Origin: Candidatus Obscuribacteraceae bacterium
Lineage (GTDB): Bacteria > Cyanobacteriota > Vampirovibrionia > Obscuribacterales > Obscuribacteraceae
Reading direction: 5' to 3'
Assembly: GCA_044226015.1 (NCBI GenBank)
Contig: JBGAHS010000010.1
Location: 64,001 to 128,000, forward strand
Length of the DNA stretch: 64,000 nucleotides
In this document: positions 59,879-64,000 of the stretch, one piece after another
Position numbering within the stretch: the stretch's first letter is position 1
How the letters are laid out: each line of letters begins with the position of its first letter
Made by a program: the position numbers and the translations under genes
Notes under the pieces: model-generated
What the model saw: the letters and a program-made list of their open reading frames with translations, nothing else
Told to the model about the DNA's origin: nothing
Databases searched by the model: none

Positions 59879-60913
59879 TTACTTATGCTGTTCAGCAGTG
59901 GTTTTCTTACCGACTTCCGAAGACTTCGGCTTAGTCTCGTGATCCGGCGAGTGTTTTTCCATGTAGTAGTGCTGAATGATAGCAGCACCTACATCTGCTG
60001 CGCGCTCAAATGCATAAGTTGAGGCGATTGTGCCGAAACCGCCTTCTCCGCCATATTCCCAGGCTAGAAGTTTACTCGTTAGCTTGCCGATATCGAACTT
60101 TTCATTTGATGGAGCTGGTGGCTCGAAATCTGTTCGAGGTACTGACCTGGGTTTGATTTGGAAATCTGATCCTGGAATACGCAGTTCAGTCGAAAGTTGT
60201 TCAACTTTTGGTTTTAACGAGCCCCAGCTATGAGTGGTCTTATACCAGGTTTCATCTCCTGCGCCTGTTCTTAAAACTGATAGTCCATCGCTGGAACTTA
60301 TCAACTTAGATCCGTTGTTGAACTCTCTTACAGTGAAGTTCATTTTCGGCGAGTTTGTTTCGCTCAGTTTTGTCTTGAGAAATGTTTGGGAGTATCCATC
60401 AAATTTGTCTTGGACAGATTCGAAACCATTCATGCCTTTTGCGTCGAAGTGAGAAACCTTTTGACCAGAGATTATTTCACCGAATCTGGTGCCTGCAAGT
60501 TTGTGTTCTGCAAAGTGAGCGCCGACGCCACCAGCGACAATCGCCATCCCGTAATTTACGACGGCATCTCCGATGTTATCACCGAGCCACTTTTTGTTTT
60601 TCTCTAAATTATTTGGATTTTGCCAGGTATCAGCCATAGGGCTGTAAAACCTGTTTGCCAGGTCAACGCCTGCAAAACCTACAAAGGACATCCCGGCGAT
60701 GTGGAGTCCTTTCTGTACCAGATGGTTCGGATTTCGTGACGCCAGCGTGAGTACTGTACCTAATGCCACAGCAGAAACTGCTTCAATTGCAGTTCGTTCT
60801 TTGTGTTGCCATGCGTCATCAATGGCATCGCGAATCCCTTCTGGTACATGCGAAGGCAGACTCAGTAAGAGATCTTTCTCTCGTGATAACTTATTTCCGA
60901 TTGTATCCGACAT
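59879..60913 (-). CDS. Hypothetical membrane-associated protein
   Basis: Long ORF with Gly/Ala-rich hydrophobic segments; ATG 60913 preferred over TTG 60970. Confidence 0.6.
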   Translation of the reverse strand: MSDTIGNKLSREKDLLLSLPSHVPEGIRDAIDDAWQHKERTAIEAVSAVALGTVLTLASRNPNHLVQKGLHIAGMSFVGFAGVDLANRFYSPMADTWQNPNNLEKNKKWLGDNIGDAVVNYGMAIVAGGVGAHFAEHKLAGTRFGEIISGQKVSHFDAKGMNGFESVQDKFDGYSQTFLKTKLSETNSPKMNFTVREFNNGSKLISSSDGLSVLRTGAGDETWYKTTHSWGSLKPKVEQLSTELRIPGSDFQIKPRSVPRTDFEPPAPSNEKFDIGKLTSKLLAWEYGGEGGFGTIASTYAFERAADVGAAIIQHYYMEKHSPDHETKPKSSEVGKKTTAEQHK

Positions 60914-61219
60914 TAGAGCAACCCAAACACCAATAAACTCACGGTACTTCTGATTTGTTTTGGTCAACAATGTTCATTTGCACAGTCACCATGTGGGGGA
61001 GACAGCAGGTGCTATCGTTACCGGTTGGTTATCTTTCAGATTCCGCCCACCGCAAGCTTCTTGCATCCTGAGGCGCGCGCTCGTGGGGAATTTCTTCAGC
61101 CACCAGTTGTGTAAGCTCTTTTTTTGTTAGGCTACTTAACGTTTCATCAACTATGTGAATGAGCTTTGAGTGTTTGTGACCAGATTCCCTTGTTTTGTTC
61201 ACGTTGTTGAATGCACTGT

Positions 61220-61658
61220 CGAAGAAAAACGCGAAGCGATAGCGGTTGAAAAATTCAACTGGTGTCTAAATGGGTGCGAAGAAAAACGCGAAGCGATAGC
61301 GGTTGAAAAATTCGAGCAGGTGCGTGATGGACGCGAAGAAAAACGCGAAGCGATAGCGGTTGAAAAATTCGACTGGTGTCGTGCATGGGTGCGAAGAAAA
61401 ACGCGAGGCGATAGCGGTTGAAAAATTCGACTGGTGTCGTAATGGGTGCGAAGAAAAACGCGAAGCGATAGCGGTTGATGAATCCGAAGGGTGGCGCGGA
61501 TGGGTGCGAAGAAAAACGCGAAGCGATAGCGGTTGATGAATCCGAAGGGTGGCGCGGATGGGTGCGAAGAAAAACGCGAAGCGATAGCGGTTGAAAAATT
61601 CGACGGGTGAGATGCATGGACGCGAAGAAAAACGCGAAGCGATAGCGCTTGGAAAATT
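61220..61658 (+). repeat. Tandem array, 57-58-bp unit x8, GCGAAGCGATAGC element family
   Basis: Core gaagaaaaacgcgaagcgatagcggttga with aaaaac at 61225, 61282, 61339, 61397, 61454, 61512, 61570, 61628; inter-core segments related but variable. Confidence 0.93.
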
Positions 61659-61789
61659 TGCACGCGTATGCCAGCGACTCGCATTGGAAATGCGATGAAC
61701 TAACCTTAACTCTGCCATGGGACTTGCCGCATTGTTCAACGGCTGTCCTCGAACTAGCCTAGAAATACCCCCAAAATAGGAGTCTGAAT

Positions 61790-62554
61790 ATGGAGGACTT
61801 TCGATACACAAAAACAGCTGAAGAGCCCCATCTCAGCGGCTTGCAGGCTGAATGGGTAGGAAATTTCAAGCCCAATATCACAAAACCAACTGATTCTTTT
61901 TTGTCCGTTGTATTTGTCGCAAATGACAAACAAGAAGCAGCATCAGAGAAGAAAAATCTTACCCCGGCAGAGAGAGCGTCAGAGCTGGACAAAGAACTCA
62001 AATCTTTTGCCGACGGAAAAACTGAAGATTCGTCTCGCGAGATTCAGAGATTTCAGAAAGCTGTAGGAAAATTCTGCGACGCAAAAGATAAGGAATCGGC
62101 TTTCGAGGAGTTAGGCGATACTTGGACGCACATAAATGCTCTTTATGATTTAAAGGCAGACGCTCTAACTAAAGAACTCAAGGCAGAGGCGGCTAGCACT
62201 CCTGGTCGGGCAGCTTTGGAAGCGAATCTGAAGACAAAGCGAACTGAATTGGATATCAAAGTTAGATCACTTCCTCTTGAAGAGAGCTTCCGAGTAGCCG
62301 ATGTGTTGATGCCTCAACCTGGCGAAACCAAAGCCGAGCAGGATGCACGCGTGAAGGAAGAGCTTAAGGCGCCGCGTTACAAAGATATTCTTGCTTCCTA
62401 TGACTCAATACGTGACGCTGAAAGACTCATTGAAAAGAACAAGGGACCGAGGGAAAAACAACTCGATTCCATGCGCAATTCGTTGAGTAATGACGCAGAT
62501 AAGATGATTGAGCTCATGGAAAGAGCCTATATCCGGTCAACTATAAAGAACTGA
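61790..62554 (+). CDS. Hypothetical coiled-coil-rich protein
   Basis: SD aggag upstream; charged helical sequence. Confidence 0.65.
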   Translation: MEDFRYTKTAEEPHLSGLQAEWVGNFKPNITKPTDSFLSVVFVANDKQEAASEKKNLTPAERASELDKELKSFADGKTEDSSREIQRFQKAVGKFCDAKDKESAFEELGDTWTHINALYDLKADALTKELKAEAASTPGRAALEANLKTKRTELDIKVRSLPLEESFRVADVLMPQPGETKAEQDARVKEELKAPRYKDILASYDSIRDAERLIEKNKGPREKQLDSMRNSLSNDADKMIELMERAYIRSTIKN

Positions 62555-62756
62555 TATAGCGGCTGAGACAATAGAACCGATTAGCCCTGGTCTGGCTGCC
62601 GCAATGCTTATCCTCCTGGCTTGCGTAAGTGAGACTTATAGATTCACCGGAAATTGGCTCTGTAAAGAGCTGCAAGAAATGTTCTCGACAACCAGCTGCG
62701 AACAACTGGGTCGGCAAATGCCGCTAAGGATGCACGCGACCTTTCACACTCAGTTG

Positions 62757-62905
62757 GTAGTTTACGCCCTCGAACTAATCTTCGAGTTCGCGCCGCCTAA
62801 TCAAGCTCTGGTTTACACCCGCGAACTCAACCTCTGGTTTACGCCCTCGAACTAATCTTCGAGTTCGCGCCGCCTAATCATCCTCTGATTTACCCCCGCG
62901 AACTC
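62757..62905 (+). repeat. Short direct repeats with hairpin between convergent genes
   Basis: tttacgccctcgaactaatcttcgagttcgcgccgcctaatca at 62761 and 62838, alternating with tttac(a/c)cccgcgaactca. Confidence 0.75.
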
Positions 62906-64000
62906 ATCCTCTGATTTTGTTCGTACATTCTCTGCTCGATATCAGCTCATCCAAATTTCTGAAAGGATTATCTTTCTCAGACCATAGAGGCTCAAAGTAG
63001 CTATCCACCCAGCTCCGATCAACTTCTGTAAGTTTGGCAGGCTGCCATTTAGGAGCCTTGTCCTTATCAACCAGAAGTGCCCTCACTCCCTCAACAAAAT
63101 CTGGGTGATGCAAACAACTCTGAACAGACAAATTCAATTCTGAGCGAAATACATCAGGCAGGGACATGCTTTTAGCTCTATTCAATTGCTCCAAAATAAC
63201 ATGAGCTGAGCTTGGGGAGCCAGACTTAAACTCCCTATTACAATCACTGAGCCATGCTGATTTTGACGCGACTGCGGCTACCTCTAACTGTTCCGCGAAA
63301 TGCAACGGGCTGTTCACTCCGGCAAAATCTGAGACGATATTGGCGTGCTCAGCAGCGACTGATTTTAACTTTGTGCCGCTAGCCGATTCTTTTTGCTCTA
63401 GCAAAGCGCTGACGAGCCTCCGGTTCTGCTCGGTGTCTGTCGACCACTTCTGTTTTGCCAATTCTTCAAGGATAGCTCCCTTTAATCCGCTATCTATGCA
63501 GTGGGTCGCCAATCCCAAATATTTTGCATCCGCTCCATTTAATCGCGCGCCAGTCAAGCCGATGAAGGCTCCGAAGCCAGCAGGCATACGATTCAGAAAC
63601 CAACTTGCTCCGACATCAGGATAAAGTCCGATTGCAATCTCGGGCATTGCAAACAAACTTCGTTCAGTTGCAATTCGATGTGATGCACCATTGCTGATAC
63701 CAATACCGCCTCCCATTACGATCCGATCAAGCCACGCAACGATAGGTTTAGGATAGCAATGAACCAGGTAATCTGCCTGATACTCATAGACAAAAAAATC
63801 GATGCAGCCCTGCGCTGGCGGTTCATTTTGTGTAGACTTACCCACTATGATGTCGTGTAATTTGCGCACATCACCACCGGCACAAAACGCTCGCTCTCCT
63901 GCCCCCTGCAGAAAAATACACGCAATATTTTCGTCTGCTTTCCAAATATGCAGAGCATCCAGAAGCTCCTCAAACATCTCCTTAGAAAGAGCGTTAAGCG
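62904..64000 (-). CDS. Enoyl-CoA hydratase/3-hydroxyisobutyryl-CoA hydrolase family (5' end outside window)
   Basis: AFCAGGD, IVMGGG, FAMPEIAIGLYPDVG, DFVEGVRALLVDKD; frame open to the window edge. Confidence 0.9.
   Translation of the reverse strand, partial: LNALSKEMFEELLDALHIWKADENIACIFLQGAGERAFCAGGDVRKLHDIIVGKSTQNEPPAQGCIDFFVYEYQADYLVHCYPKPIVAWLDRIVMGGGIGISNGASHRIATERSLFAMPEIAIGLYPDVGASWFLNRMPAGFGAFIGLTGARLNGADAKYLGLATHCIDSGLKGAILEELAKQKWSTDTEQNRRLVSALLEQKESASGTKLKSVAAEHANIVSDFAGVNSPLHFAEQLEVAAVASKSAWLSDCNREFKSGSPSSAHVILEQLNRAKSMSLPDVFRSELNLSVQSCLHHPDFVEGVRALLVDKDKAPKWQPAKLTEVDRSWVDSYFEPLWSEKDNPFRNLDELISSRECTNKIRG

Noticed and set aside
9485..61658. CRISPR arrays
   Set aside because: Inter-core segments within each array are identical or clearly homologous, unit length differs by locus, and no cas gene is in the window.

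Overview
A 64 kb bacterial chromosomal window with no prophage, integrase or cas genes. The gene content (Ser/Thr kinase-TPR, TPR-caspase and many orphan secreted proteins) loosely suggests Melainabacteria/Obscuribacterales, which is inference only. It is rich in DNA-repair genes (Ku, LigD, a second ATP-dependent ligase plus exonuclease, RecD2, a SWIM-SNF2 helicase). It also carries ychF, an rlmI-like methyltransferase, an ABC-2 exporter operon, TetR and ArsR regulators, several hydrolases and tRNA-Arg(ACG). Main points: (1) A compact retron lies directly behind ku-ligD, with a sigma70-like promoter, a 9-bp a1/a2 inverted repeat, a candidate branching G, two msr-like hairpins and an RT with NAxxH/YCDD/VTG motifs, but no co-oriented effector gene. 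(2) A REP-like palindromic element (ideal form GCGAACCG-ATAG-CGGTTCGC, usual form AAAAACGCGAAGCGATAGC[T/G]GTT) occurs at 11 intergenic loci, about 75-80 copies by hand count. Ten loci are tandem arrays, each with its own unit length (26-107 bp), and the eleventh is a perfect inverted doublet beside an IS1595-derived protein that appears catalytically degenerate. (3) Other tandem expansions are pervasive, including in-frame ones inside LigD. (4) A leader peptide/terminator/antiterminator attenuator precedes the ABC exporter. (5) A TPR-caspase gene is split by a -1 frameshift at G_AAA_AAG. (6) An unlisted 32-aa membrane peptide has a strong SD. All coordinates and counts were read by hand.
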